Positions 24,401-33,486 of a stretch of DNA of 64,000 nucleotides are shown here, piece after piece. Where the stretch lies: assembly GCA_964431915.1 (NCBI GenBank), contig CAYSLI010000001.1, positions 191,824-255,823 on the forward strand. The letters are read 5' to 3'. A program made the translations under genes and the position numbers. The notes beneath the pieces were generated by a model, which worked only from the letters and a program-made list of their open reading frames with translations, was not told where the DNA came from and ran no database searches. Within the stretch, counting starts at the first letter, position 1. Every line of letters starts with the position of its first letter. Origin of the DNA: an uncultured Candidatus Saccharibacteria bacterium (GTDB taxonomy: Bacteria > Patescibacteriota > Minisyncoccia > Minisyncoccales > CAZKCU01).

Positions 24401-27400
24401 AGACGGTAAAGTTGGCGTCGCTACGACAGCACCCTATGAAAGATTAGAGGTGGCGGGAGGGACAAGAGTTGGTCAGGCACCGACAACCTATACTACCCTT
24501 TCAGCTGATATGACTGACAGTCAGACTACTGCCACTGTTGCCTCTACCTCTGGTTATCCTTCGGTTGGAACCTTGCTAATTGATTCAGAAGCTATGACTT
24601 ATACAAATAAGAGCGACACCGTGTTTACTGGTTTAACCAGAGGGGCTTTGGGAACAACGGCCGCTACCCATAGTTCAGGAGTAACAGTCAAAAACTATCT
24701 CTTTACTGCCTTAGCTACCGCCACCACTCCTAACATGGTAATAACTGGAGAGGGTAATCTGGGCATCGGGACGACAAATCCTGGGGCCAAGCTCGATCTT
24801 AGCTATACCCAGACAGCAGTTGGAGGAGACGAAGGAATAAGAAGTTTGGTGACCCAAGGAACCAATGCCTTAACAGGCACTCTAAGGGCTGGCTACTTTG
24901 TTGCCACCAACGGAGAACTTGACAGCTCCTCTGGCACTATCAGAGGAATAGAAGTTAAAGCCAGAGCTGCAGGTTCTGACCTGACAGGAGGTTCAGTCGG
25001 CACTCTGGAAGCAATCTCAGCTTCAGCTGATGCTAAGGATGAAACTGTCATCACCTTAAGAGGAGCAGAACTTATCTTAGACGGTCAAACAGGAGCCAGT
25101 GTTACTACAGCTGTCGGCTTAAGGATTGCTAACAACTTCCAGGCAAATATAGCCACTACTTCTTATGGTCTTCAAATCTACCGTGATTCCTTTGACTATA
25201 CAGCTGATATTCAATTATCTTCTGGTGGCACTATTGGTGGCTCCAGCGGAACTTTATCTATCACCAGTGGGGGCAATGTGGGCATCGGGACGGCAACTCC
25301 TTCATCTTTCAAATTACAGATAGCAGGAAGTTTAGGTCCTGATGCTGATAACCAATATGATTTAGGTTCAGCAACAGCCAGATGGAGAGACCTCTATTTG
25401 GGTCCTTCTTCTCTGAATATCTATAATACTACCGGAGCTGACGCCGAATACTTCACTATTGGTTATGATGCTACTCCAACAATTAGCTTTTCTTCCTTAG
25501 CTAATGGTTCAGGTACAGCCAGAAACTTCAACTTTACTGGTGGCAACGTCGGCATCGGCGATACTTCGCCAGCTTCTTTATTAACTGTTGGCTCAGGTGA
25601 TTTATTCCAGGTAGATAGTTCAGGAGACATTGTTAAGATAAAAAACCTTACTTATTCTTGGCCTTCCTCTCACACTACTGACGGTTTCTTAAAAGATGAC
25701 GGTTCAGGGACCTTAACCTGGACAACCATTGCTGGAGCCGGAGGAGTAACTGGAAGCGGAAATGCTGGTTATCTGCCTAAATGGAACACCAGCACTGACT
25801 TGACTGATTCTGTTTTATATGAAACCGGCGGCAACGTCGGTGTTGCCACAGCCAGCCCGGGGGTGGAATTAGATATTGCTGGTCAAGTCAGAGTTACCAG
25901 CACTACTACTCCCCAGTTGTCAGTTAGATACGATGCTAATAAATATCTCGATACTCTTCTTTCTTCAAGTAACGAAATTATTTTTCAGACTAGTTTTGCC
26001 TCCTTCTTGTTTAAAAGCATGCAGTTAGTAGGTTCTTTCTGGACAGCAAAATCCAGCTGGGATGCCCCTGATGTGAGCGCGATTGGCATTTCTGCCCCGG
26101 CCTTTGCTGACTTAGACGATGATGGAGATTATGATTTATTGATTGGAAGATACGAGGGAACAAGCTATAGTTATGAAAACACCGGGAGTGTTTCCAGCCC
26201 AACCTGGACAAGAAAATCCGGCTGGGATGCCCTTGATGATGTGGGAACTTATTCTACCCCAGCTCTTGCTGACTTAGACAATGATGGAGATTATGATTTA
26301 TTGGTTGGAGAGAGCAATGGAATAAGCTATGCCTATGAAAACACCGGAGATGTTTCCAGCCCGACCTGGACAAGAAAATCCGACTGGGATGCTCCTGATA
26401 TGGGAGGTAGTAGTTGTACTTCCCCGGCCTTTGCTGACTTAGACAATGACGGAGATTATGATTTATTGATTGGAGTATATGGTGGGACAAGCCTTGGCTA
26501 TGAAAACACCGGAGATGTTTCCAGCCCAACCTGGGCAGCAAAATCCGACTGGGATGCTCCTTATGTGGGAGCTCGGGCTTCCCCAGCTTTTGCTGACTTA
26601 GACAATGACGGAGATTATGATTTATTGATTGGAGTATGGCCTACTGGAATAAGCTATGGCTATGAAAACATCGGAACTATTTCCAGCCCAACCTGGACAA
26701 GAAAATCCGACTGGGATGCTCCTGATGTGGGAACTTATTCTTCCCCAACTCTTGCTGACTTAGACAATGATGGAGATTATGATTTATTGGTTGGAGAACA
26801 AAGTGGAATAAGCTATGCCTATGAAAACACCTCCGAAGGTCAACTGACTACCCGTTTAGTTATAGACCAAAACGGTAAAGTCGGTGTCGCTACGACAACA
26901 CCCTCTGAAAGATTAGAGGTGGCTGGAGGAACAAGAATTGGTCAGGCACCAACAACTTATACTACCCTTTCAGCTGATATGACTGACAGTCAGACTACTG
27001 CCGCTGTTGCCTCTACCTCTGGTTATCCTTCAGTTGGAACCTTGCTAATTGATTCAGAGGCTATGACTTATACAAACAAAAGTGACACCGTATTTACTGG
27101 TTTAACCAGAGGAGCTTTGGGGACAACGGCCGCTACCCATAGTTCAGGAGCAACAGTTAAAAACTATCTCTTTACTGCTTTAGCTACCAGCACTACTCCC
27201 AATATGGTAATAACTGGAGAGGGTAATCTGGGCATCGGGACAACGAATCCGGGAGCCAAGCTTGATATTTCATATACTCAAACAGCCGCTGGTGGTGATG
27301 AGGGAATCAGGAGTTTGGTAACCCAGGGAACTAATGCCTTAACAGGAACCTTAAGAGGAGGATACTTTGTAGCTACTGATGCAGATTTAACAGGTTCAAC

Positions 27401-29270
27401 AGGAACAGTCAGAGGAATTGAAGCTAAAGCCAGGGCTTCTGATGGAGGCAGTTATTCTCATGGTGTTTTGGAAGCTATATCTGCTTCAGCTGATGCCAAG
27501 GACCAGACAGTAAGTTATCTTAGGGGGGCAGAGATTATGATTGATGGGAAGTCAGGGTTTGATGTAATCAATGAGGCAGTAGGATTAAGAATAGCTAACA
27601 ATCTCCAGGCAGCAGTAACCACAGGTTCTCTTTATGGTCTCCAGATTTACAGGGACAGCTTTGATTACGATGCTGATATTCAGTTATCAAGTGGAGGCTT
27701 GATAGGAGGCAGTGGTGGTCATTTGAATATTGATTCTTCTGGAAATGTCGGCATCGGGACGGCGAGTCCAAATCACTTATTACATCTTTCCGAAACTACT
27801 ACAGCAGCAGGCGGGGATACTCTTTTACGGGTTACTGGCTTGCATACCGATGACACTGCTATGACCGGTACCCTACGGGGAGCATACATTGATATTAGTA
27901 ATGGCATTTTAGCATCAACAGGAACAATCAGGGGTATGGAATTAAAAGCACGCACCGAAGCTCCGGGAGATGAAGGGAATGATGTAGCCGTTCTTGAGGG
28001 TTTGTCAATCAGCGCTGATTCTAAAGACCACAGTGTTACAACAATGCGTGCTGCAGAGTTTATTCTTGATGGTTCTATAGGCGGGACAATCACAGAAGCT
28101 GTGGGCTTAAGAATAGCCAACAATCTTCAAGCCAATAAAGCCACCACTTCTTATGGACTTCAAATCTACCGGGACTCCTTTGATTACACAGCAGATATTC
28201 AATTATCTTCTGGTGGCACAATCGGAGGTTCCGGCGGAGACATGGTTATAGACAGCAGCGGCAGCGTCGGCATCGGGACAATGGGGCCGGATAGAAGACT
28301 CGATGTTTTAGATGCCTCAGCTGCCCAATTAAGGCTTACTTATATTGATAATTCAGTTTATACTGATTTCACTTTAGACACTAACGGAAATTTAACAATT
28401 AACCCGGCTAAAAATATTTATCTTAAATATAGCGCCAATACCGGGTCTAACCTCTGGGTTTGTGAAGGGACGGCTTGTCCTGGCGCAGATACAAGTATGG
28501 GTAGTGGTGGTGGAAATTTAGTGGTTGAAGGAGGAATTTATGGCGGCACCCGCTGTCCTTCGGATATGGTTTATATTCCTGGCGACAAGCCTTTCTGTAT
28601 TGATAAATACGAGGCATACAATTCAAATTCAGGCTCGGTTTGTAATAATACTGATTGTCCCTGTGGTGACGGGACCCAGGCCCAAGTTGATGCTAATACT
28701 ACTATCGCTATTGCCGGTTCTGCTTCAGGGCAAACTCCTTTAGTGTCTATTACTTGGTGTTCGGCTAAAAAGGCCTGTGAAAATACCGGAAAGCACCTGT
28801 GCACAAACCAAGAATGGTCCCAGGCCTGTAATTATAAAGGTGGACAATTTAATATTACTGCCGAAGAAACAGCAGAAACTATGTCCTGCAATACAGCGGA
28901 TGAATGCAGTGGGGCTGCCTGTAATACTGGAGCCAGTTCAGGTTGTGTTACCCAAGAAGGAGCTTATGATATGATTGGTAATGTTTGGGAATGGGTGGAT
29001 AAAGTGGTTACGGCTGACCCGACTAATGGTTTGGGCAGTAACTATGTTACCGGATATGATTTCGCTACGGGTTTGCCCATATCAGTAGGAGCTTCTAGTA
29101 ATGCTTATGGCAATGATTATTACTATGCTTATGATGGCGCAGGAGCGGCTCGCGCCGCTATCCGCGGCGGCGGTTGGACCTATGGCGCGAACGATGGTTG
29201 CTTCTACCTGACTCTGAGCGATGCTCCGTCCAACGCGGACACGCGCCTTGGTTTCCGTTGCTGTCGCTGA
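21408..29270 (+). CDS. Giant (2620 aa) surface protein and DGR variable protein. It has a MerR-like HTH N-terminus, one TM helix, a duplicated block of FG-GAP-type beta-propeller repeats, recurring GNVGIGT motifs, and a C-terminal FGE-sulfatase/C-type-lectin-fold domain that carries the VR.
   Basis: N-terminus IEEFIARARRLGVDFGKG..RLRYYVKIGLLP matches the MerR HTH signature (RYYxxxGLL). TM helix IPAILKIVLLVLICVSTLFF. Twelve repeats of SDWDAPDVG...ADLD(D/N)DGDYDLL(I/V)G...Y(A/G)YENTG, the FG-GAP Ca-binding pattern. C-terminus MVYIPG...GNVWEWV...RGGGW...GFRCCR shows FGE-sulfatase hallmarks. Confidence 0.85.
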   Translation: MSIENKNENLISIEEFIARARRLGVDFGKGDPKNRLRYYVKIGLLPHLQRKSFNGLPPNGAYLESTLGILLEIDKKLKAGKSIQEIKREEEEKVFEKKLPKITTPHTYMYGPGIESFQLKTEVPQTEKEKGEELEIKETPEIIIERKPFVKIPAILKIVLLVLICVSTLFFTDEKINFIDPIPYFLANISEHISGFRKLTQLPASSLREEVFSLPAVEPYLTINAETAINALLKAKEKITAPSFALIRNEFEGRITAAGLTVEREYNFPDLSGTVCLATGNCFGLEGEVITLGGTPNRLAKFISAQEVRDSSISDLYLGGVAIAIDSVGNVGIGIEDPAHPFHVEGRIQATGDICTDLKGGRCLSTLRVGGGGGGGIGGSGSANYLSIWTSSGSLGNSILYQTGGNIGIGTTGPAATALLDLTSTEKGFLAPRMTEAQRDAISSPATGLFIYNTTTNQYDMYNGTSWGAVGGGVPTDAQYVTLAVNATLTDERVLTAGTNISVTDGGAGGNVTIATINNPVFSTSVTSPIIYGSSAASGNLTLRTTSDATKGYVILADDGGNVGIGTASPTSLFSVGASSQFQIDTSGDIIKLKNLTYSWPSSHTADGFLKDDGSGTLTWTTIGGAGGVTGSGTAGYIPKWSTSTTLTDSVLYETGGNIGIATASPEVELDIAGQARITSTTTPQLSVRYDAAKYLNTLLSSGETTFQTGFSSFLFKSLQQAVYFWTRKSDWDAPDVGTYSAPAFADLDDDGDYDLLIGRYYGQSYGYENTGTVSSPAWTRESDWDAPDIGDLMPAPALADLDDDGDYDLLIGSFDGISYAYENTGTVSSPTWTRKSDWDVSDVGTGSGPGFADLDNDGDYDLLIREISGVSLGYENTGTVSSPAWTRESDWDAPSVGLSYSSPALADLDDDGDYDLLTGASGDRVYAYENTGTVSSPAWTRKSDWDAPDVGSARPALADLDDDGDDDLLIGATGGVSYAYENTGSGGQLTTRLVIDQDGKVGVATTAPYERLEVAGGTRVGQAPTTYTTLSADMTDSQTTATVASTSGYPSVGTLLIDSEAMTYTNKSDTVFTGLTRGALGTTAATHSSGVTVKNYLFTALATATTPNMVITGEGNLGIGTTNPGAKLDLSYTQTAVGGDEGIRSLVTQGTNALTGTLRAGYFVATNGELDSSSGTIRGIEVKARAAGSDLTGGSVGTLEAISASADAKDETVITLRGAELILDGQTGASVTTAVGLRIANNFQANIATTSYGLQIYRDSFDYTADIQLSSGGTIGGSSGTLSITSGGNVGIGTATPSSFKLQIAGSLGPDADNQYDLGSATARWRDLYLGPSSLNIYNTTGADAEYFTIGYDATPTISFSSLANGSGTARNFNFTGGNVGIGDTSPASLLTVGSGDLFQVDSSGDIVKIKNLTYSWPSSHTTDGFLKDDGSGTLTWTTIAGAGGVTGSGNAGYLPKWNTSTDLTDSVLYETGGNVGVATASPGVELDIAGQVRVTSTTTPQLSVRYDANKYLDTLLSSSNEIIFQTSFASFLFKSMQLVGSFWTAKSSWDAPDVSAIGISAPAFADLDDDGDYDLLIGRYEGTSYSYENTGSVSSPTWTRKSGWDALDDVGTYSTPALADLDNDGDYDLLVGESNGISYAYENTGDVSSPTWTRKSDWDAPDMGGSSCTSPAFADLDNDGDYDLLIGVYGGTSLGYENTGDVSSPTWAAKSDWDAPYVGARASPAFADLDNDGDYDLLIGVWPTGISYGYENIGTISSPTWTRKSDWDAPDVGTYSSPTLADLDNDGDYDLLVGEQSGISYAYENTSEGQLTTRLVIDQNGKVGVATTTPSERLEVAGGTRIGQAPTTYTTLSADMTDSQTTAAVASTSGYPSVGTLLIDSEAMTYTNKSDTVFTGLTRGALGTTAATHSSGATVKNYLFTALATSTTPNMVITGEGNLGIGTTNPGAKLDISYTQTAAGGDEGIRSLVTQGTNALTGTLRGGYFVATDADLTGSTGTVRGIEAKARASDGGSYSHGVLEAISASADAKDQTVSYLRGAEIMIDGKSGFDVINEAVGLRIANNLQAAVTTGSLYGLQIYRDSFDYDADIQLSSGGLIGGSGGHLNIDSSGNVGIGTASPNHLLHLSETTTAAGGDTLLRVTGLHTDDTAMTGTLRGAYIDISNGILASTGTIRGMELKARTEAPGDEGNDVAVLEGLSISADSKDHSVTTMRAAEFILDGSIGGTITEAVGLRIANNLQANKATTSYGLQIYRDSFDYTADIQLSSGGTIGGSGGDMVIDSSGSVGIGTMGPDRRLDVLDASAAQLRLTYIDNSVYTDFTLDTNGNLTINPAKNIYLKYSANTGSNLWVCEGTACPGADTSMGSGGGNLVVEGGIYGGTRCPSDMVYIPGDKPFCIDKYEAYNSNSGSVCNNTDCPCGDGTQAQVDANTTIAIAGSASGQTPLVSITWCSAKKACENTGKHLCTNQEWSQACNYKGGQFNITAEETAETMSCNTADECSGAACNTGASSGCVTQEGAYDMIGNVWEWVDKVVTADPTNGLGSNYVTGYDFATGLPISVGASSNAYGNDYYYAYDGAGAARAAIRGGGWTYGANDGCFYLTLSDAPSNADTRLGFRCCR
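23088..28260 (+). repeat. Intragenic tandem duplication: two ~2.45/2.2-kb near-identical blocks (about 23088-25541 and 25542-27740) plus a partial third copy (27741-28260)
   Basis: Anchor ggcaacgtcggcatcgg recurs at 23088 and 25542, with gaaatgtcggcatcggg at 27741 and cagcgtcggcatcggg at 28258. Protein blocks are about 85-90% identical (TYSWPSSHT(A/T)DGFLKDDGSGTLTWTTI..., six FG-GAP blades, ...LQIYRDSFDY(T/D)ADIQLSSGG). Confidence 0.8.
29146..29268 (+). repeat. DGR variable region (VR), the last ~41 codons of the giant gene
   Basis: 123-bp match to the TR at 29705-29827 (offset 559). All 17 mismatches fall at TR adenines. The 3'-terminal 21 nt (ttggtttccgttgctgtcgct) are A-free and identical to the TR. 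Confidence 0.85.
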
Positions 29271-29328
29271 AGGGGTTTAAATTTAATCTAAAATCTAATT
29301 TCTGAAAATCTAAAACTAAAAACATCAA

Positions 29329-29667
29329 ATGTTATATGATTTACACCTATTTCAAAAAGTATATGATTTCCTTTTATGGATAAAACCCACTGTTCAGAGA
29401 TTTACTAAAGTTCATAAATATAGCTTAGGTATTCAATTAGAAAATGAAGTAATAGAACTTTTAAAACAAATTGTTAGAGCTAATTTTCAAAAAGGCAACA
29501 AAAGAGAACTTATCGAAGAATGTTTTGTTCATTACGAAATTATTAAAGTTTTAATAAGATTAGGTAGAGAGTTCAATCTTTTAAATAAGAGTCAATACGA
29601 ATTTGTGGCAAAAGAATTAGTTGAAATAGGAAAATTATTGGGTGGTTGGTACAAAAGATTTTCTTAA
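29329..29667 (+). CDS. avd: DGR accessory variability determinant Avd (four-helix-bundle protein)
   Basis: 112 aa. Aligns with Bordetella phage Avd and the 23S-rRNA-IVS family, e.g. ...KELVEIGKLLGGWYKR versus the Avd C-terminal EVGRILGSWIAR pattern. Located between VR and TR as in canonical DGRs. Confidence 0.8.
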   Translation: MLYDLHLFQKVYDFLLWIKPTVQRFTKVHKYSLGIQLENEVIELLKQIVRANFQKGNKRELIEECFVHYEIIKVLIRLGREFNLLNKSQYEFVAKELVEIGKLLGGWYKRFS

Positions 29668-29704
29668 TTTGCTATCTACTTTTAGTAGGTAGAGGGATAA
29701 AATC

Positions 29705-29827
29705 AAAATCGCGCCGCTATCCGCGGCGGCAATTGGAACAATGGCGCGAACGATGGTTGCTTCAACCTGAATCTGAACAATGCTCCGTCCAACACGAACA
29801 CGAACATTGGTTTCCGTTGCTGTCGCT
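29705..29827 (+). repeat. DGR template repeat (TR), non-coding
   Basis: Translation in the VR frame gives IRGGNWNNGANDGCFNLNLNNAPSNTNTNIGFRCCR, with AAC codons at every position that differs in the VR (VR: IRGGGWTYGANDGCFYLTLSDAPSNADTRLGFRCCR). Confidence 0.85.
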
Positions 29828-29955
29828 TCAGTGATTCATTAAATAATTGGCCAGAATTCTTATCTTAATTGAGATGAGAAGCGTGCCGTTAAACCCCAGA
29901 TTTTATTCCTTCTTAAGTAAGTTAAAGGTTGAAAAGGAAAATATTAAGCCTGTAT

Positions 29956-29996
29956 CCCGAGGAAGTAGGAGTAGGAAAGGAAACTTCTTCCTCGGG
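29956..29996 (+). promoter_or_regulatory. 10-bp-stem hairpin in the TR-RT spacer (candidate DGR RNA structural/priming element)
   Basis: cccgaggaag-N21-cttcctcggg. A second imperfect hairpin, cttatctt-aatt-gagatgag, lies at 29863-29882 just 3' of the TR. Confidence 0.4.
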
Positions 29997-30031
29997 TTAA
30001 TAGGCTTTACTCCGTTAGATAAAAAAGATAA

Positions 30032-31111
<1,080 letters not shown>

Positions 31112-31128
31112 ATTATTTAATTTAAACT

Positions 31129-32244
31129 ATGTTTCAAAAAATTATTAATTTTTTTAAATATCATAATGCTTTTGCCATTGGCATCAGTTTAGTTTTAGTT
31201 TTAACTTTTTCTGCGATGGCGTCGGAGGATGTTAGAAATGCCGTGATTGGCGAAAAGATTGTTACAGAGCAAGGCGTAGATAACTCCCAACTCCTACCTG
31301 TTGATTTAGATAATTTTGATGTAGATTTAAAAATTGACAATGTTTTAGAAGATGAAGAAAATTATTACATTGATTATAGTTTTAATACAATAGCGGTCAG
31401 GGATAATGTCTGGCAGCCAGTTGTTAAAGCAGAAAAATTTACCGTGAATAAAAATGCCTTGGGAAATAGGGACTTGGGAATTTATTTAGCCGAGGAATTA
31501 GGAGAAGTAGCTCAAGCTGAAATTACTTATTTGAAAAAAGCTCAAAAAACTGAAAGAGAAAGGGGACTAACTCAGATTGTTAGAACTACGGATTATACCG
31601 GACTAATTGGTTTAACCCTTGATTTAAAAAACAAAGTTCTACCTGGCTATGAACCGGTTATTAAGCCACCAGCAATTGAGATTGCTCAGATTACTCAACC
31701 TTTAATTATTGAAGAGCCTCCTATTATTGAAAAACCGGTTGTTGAAGAACTTGTTTGCCAGCCATCAGAAGAAATCTGCGATGGTGCGGATAACAATTGT
31801 GATGGTCAAATAGACGAAGGCGGCGTTTGCCCCAAAGAAGAGCCTTTGGCTCCCTCCGGGGCAGGTGAAGCAGCACCGGTAGCTGAACCTATTTGCGATG
31901 TAGACCATTTAGATTTGTGTACTACTCAAGAGTTATGTGAAGGAGTTAGTTTATATTGGTACAATGAAATTTGCAACTTAGAGCCAGAAACTCCTGCCTG
32001 CCAGCCAACAGGGGAGGTTTGTGACGGCATAGACAATGACTGTGATGAATTAATTGATGAAGATTTAGGCCAAGCTACTTGCGGAGTGGGGGCTTGTGCA
32101 GTAACCATAGATAATTGTATAGGTGGTCAATCCCAAACTTGTACTCCCGGAACTCCCACTGAGGAAATCTGCGACCAGATAGACAATAATTGTGATGGCC
32201 AAATTGATGAAGGAAGTGTCTGTGTAGAACCTCCAACCGAATAA
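31129..32244 (+). CDS. Secreted Cys-rich protein with four CDGxDNxCDGxIDE(G) repeats (MopE-like putative metal-binding motif)
   Basis: Signal peptide. Repeats CDGADNNCDGQIDEGGVC, CDGIDNDCDELIDED, CDQIDNNCDGQIDEGSVC and others. Confidence 0.6.
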   Translation: MFQKIINFFKYHNAFAIGISLVLVLTFSAMASEDVRNAVIGEKIVTEQGVDNSQLLPVDLDNFDVDLKIDNVLEDEENYYIDYSFNTIAVRDNVWQPVVKAEKFTVNKNALGNRDLGIYLAEELGEVAQAEITYLKKAQKTERERGLTQIVRTTDYTGLIGLTLDLKNKVLPGYEPVIKPPAIEIAQITQPLIIEEPPIIEKPVVEELVCQPSEEICDGADNNCDGQIDEGGVCPKEEPLAPSGAGEAAPVAEPICDVDHLDLCTTQELCEGVSLYWYNEICNLEPETPACQPTGEVCDGIDNDCDELIDEDLGQATCGVGACAVTIDNCIGGQSQTCTPGTPTEEICDQIDNNCDGQIDEGSVCVEPPTE

Positions 32245-32304
32245 CCGAAAATAGGTGCAAAAATAAGTGTCAACTCTGTTTTTCTTTAACAACTTTTATA
32301 GAAT

Positions 32305-32620
32305 ATGGAAATTCGTATTTTCGATAAATCTTTAGAGAAATTTATTAAGAATCTGCAAAAGCCAACAATTGCTAAACTTTTGCGAACAACTAATTTACTT
32401 GAGAAATTTGGTCAGAAATTAGGGCCGGCCCCATACGAAGAAAATTTCAACTCGCCCTTTTGAGCTTAGAATTTCTGGTAAACAGGAAGTCAGAATTTTT
32501 TACAGTTTTTATAAATCGCGGATTTTTCTTATACACGGCTTTGTTAAAAAATCACAAAAAATCCCTCAGAGAGAAGTTAGGACGGCTTTCCAAAAATTAA
32601 GACTACTTGACAAGGTATAA
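32305..32620 (+). pseudogene. higB: HigB/Gp49-family (RelE/ParE superfamily) toxin, frameshifted
   Basis: MEIRIFDKSLEKFIKNLQKPTIAKLLRTTNLLEKFGQKLGPAPY... reaches a stop at 32461. The +1 frame continues ...KISTRPFELRISGKQEVRIFYSFYKSRIFLIHGFVKKSQKIPQREVRTAFQKLRLL (classic HigB C-terminus). A frameshift lies near 32440. Confidence 0.6.
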
Positions 32621-32642
32621 CATATACGTTATATAGAAGTTA

Positions 32643-32933
32643 GTGCGTATGAAAAAGAAAACTTACAAACAACTAAAAAAGGAGTTATTAAAAGATAAAA
32701 AAACTAAACAGCTCTATGAGAAATTGGGGCCAGAGTTCGCGGTGATTGAAATGATTATTAAAAAAAGGATTGAGAAGGGGTTGAGTCAAAAAGAACTTGC
32801 CAGAAAAATCGGCACCAAACAATCGGCTGTTTCCCGGCTGGAATCGGGAACTTACAATCCCAGCCTTTCTTTTCTGCAGAAAGTAAGTGAAGCCTTAGAT
32901 GTGAAATTAAAAATTTCTTTGGCAGCGAGATAA
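32643..32933 (+). CDS. higA: HigA-like XRE-family HTH antitoxin
   Basis: HTH_3 motif LSQKELARKIGTKQSAVSRLESG. Immediately downstream of the higB remnant. Confidence 0.7.
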   Translation: MRMKKKTYKQLKKELLKDKKTKQLYEKLGPEFAVIEMIIKKRIEKGLSQKELARKIGTKQSAVSRLESGTYNPSLSFLQKVSEALDVKLKISLAAR

Positions 32934-32993
32934 AAAAGTGAGGTCTATTTTATTTGATTGACATTACTTCCAAAAAGATTAAAATTAAAGTGT

Positions 32994-33212
32994 ATGACTA
33001 ATTCTTCAAAAACAATAACCTTATCGAAAGCCCTAATTCAAAGGAAAAAGGGAATAGCGATTTTACCTTTGGAAGAATACGAAAGAATCAAAGAAGATTT
33101 AGAAATGCTTCAATCAAAGAGATTGGCAAAAGAAATTGAGAAGGCAAGAAAAGAAGTAAAATCTGGGAACGTAATAAGATTAGAAGAATTGGAAAGGAAA
33201 TTAAATTTATAG
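32994..33212 (+). CDS. Phd/YefM- or RelB-type antitoxin
   Basis: ...IAILPLEEYERIKEDLEMLQ...KEVKSGNVIRLEEL pattern. Start likely at the internal Met (MTNSSKT). Confidence 0.5.
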   Translation: MTNSSKTITLSKALIQRKKGIAILPLEEYERIKEDLEMLQSKRLAKEIEKARKEVKSGNVIRLEELERKLNL

Positions 33213-33222
33213 ATTCTCTGTT

Positions 33223-33474
33223 ATGAGATTAATTTTTACGAGGATAGCTTTTCATCAATTTCAAAAATTAAACCGCCCTGCTTAGAAAAGAATTGATGAA
33301 AAGCTACGTTTTTATTTATCTCAGCAAAATCCTCTGAAATTTGCCGAACCTTTAAGAGACCCTAAATTCGGAGATTGGAGGTTTCGAATCGGAGATTATA
33401 GAGTCCTTTTTGATGTTGAAGATAATAAAATTGTTGTTTTAAAAGTAGAGCATCGAAAAAACATTTATAAATAA
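33223..33474 (+). pseudogene. relE: RelE/ParE-family toxin with an in-frame TAG at codon 21
   Basis: MRLIFTRIAFHQFQKLNRPA*KRIDEKLRFYLSQQNPLKFAEPLRDPKFGDWRFRIGDYRVLFDVEDNKIVVLKVEHRKNIYK, with TAG at 33283-33285. The rest of the frame is intact and shows the typical RelE motif (YRLRVGDYRIIY-like). Confidence 0.6.
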
Positions 33475-33486
33475 TTCGCAAAAAAT

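Noticed and set aside
22064-28123. Numerous 60-116-aa ORFs on the minus strand and in alternate + frames inside the giant gene (e.g. 23554-23748, 26011-26211, 26254-26541, 27773-28123, 22493-22837)
   Set aside because: They are antisense or frame-shifted readings of the repeated FG-GAP coding sequence. The repeat-driven codon bias keeps them open. They have no RBS or motifs and are fully nested in a 2620-aa ORF with strong domain content.
33283-33285. In-frame TAG in relE as evidence of stop-codon reassignment (alternative genetic code)
   Set aside because: TAG, TAA and TGA all terminate well-conserved genes elsewhere in the window at the expected positions. TGA ends the giant gene, and multiple genes end in TAG. 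Standard code 11 fits. The TAG is more simply a nonsense mutation in a toxin gene.
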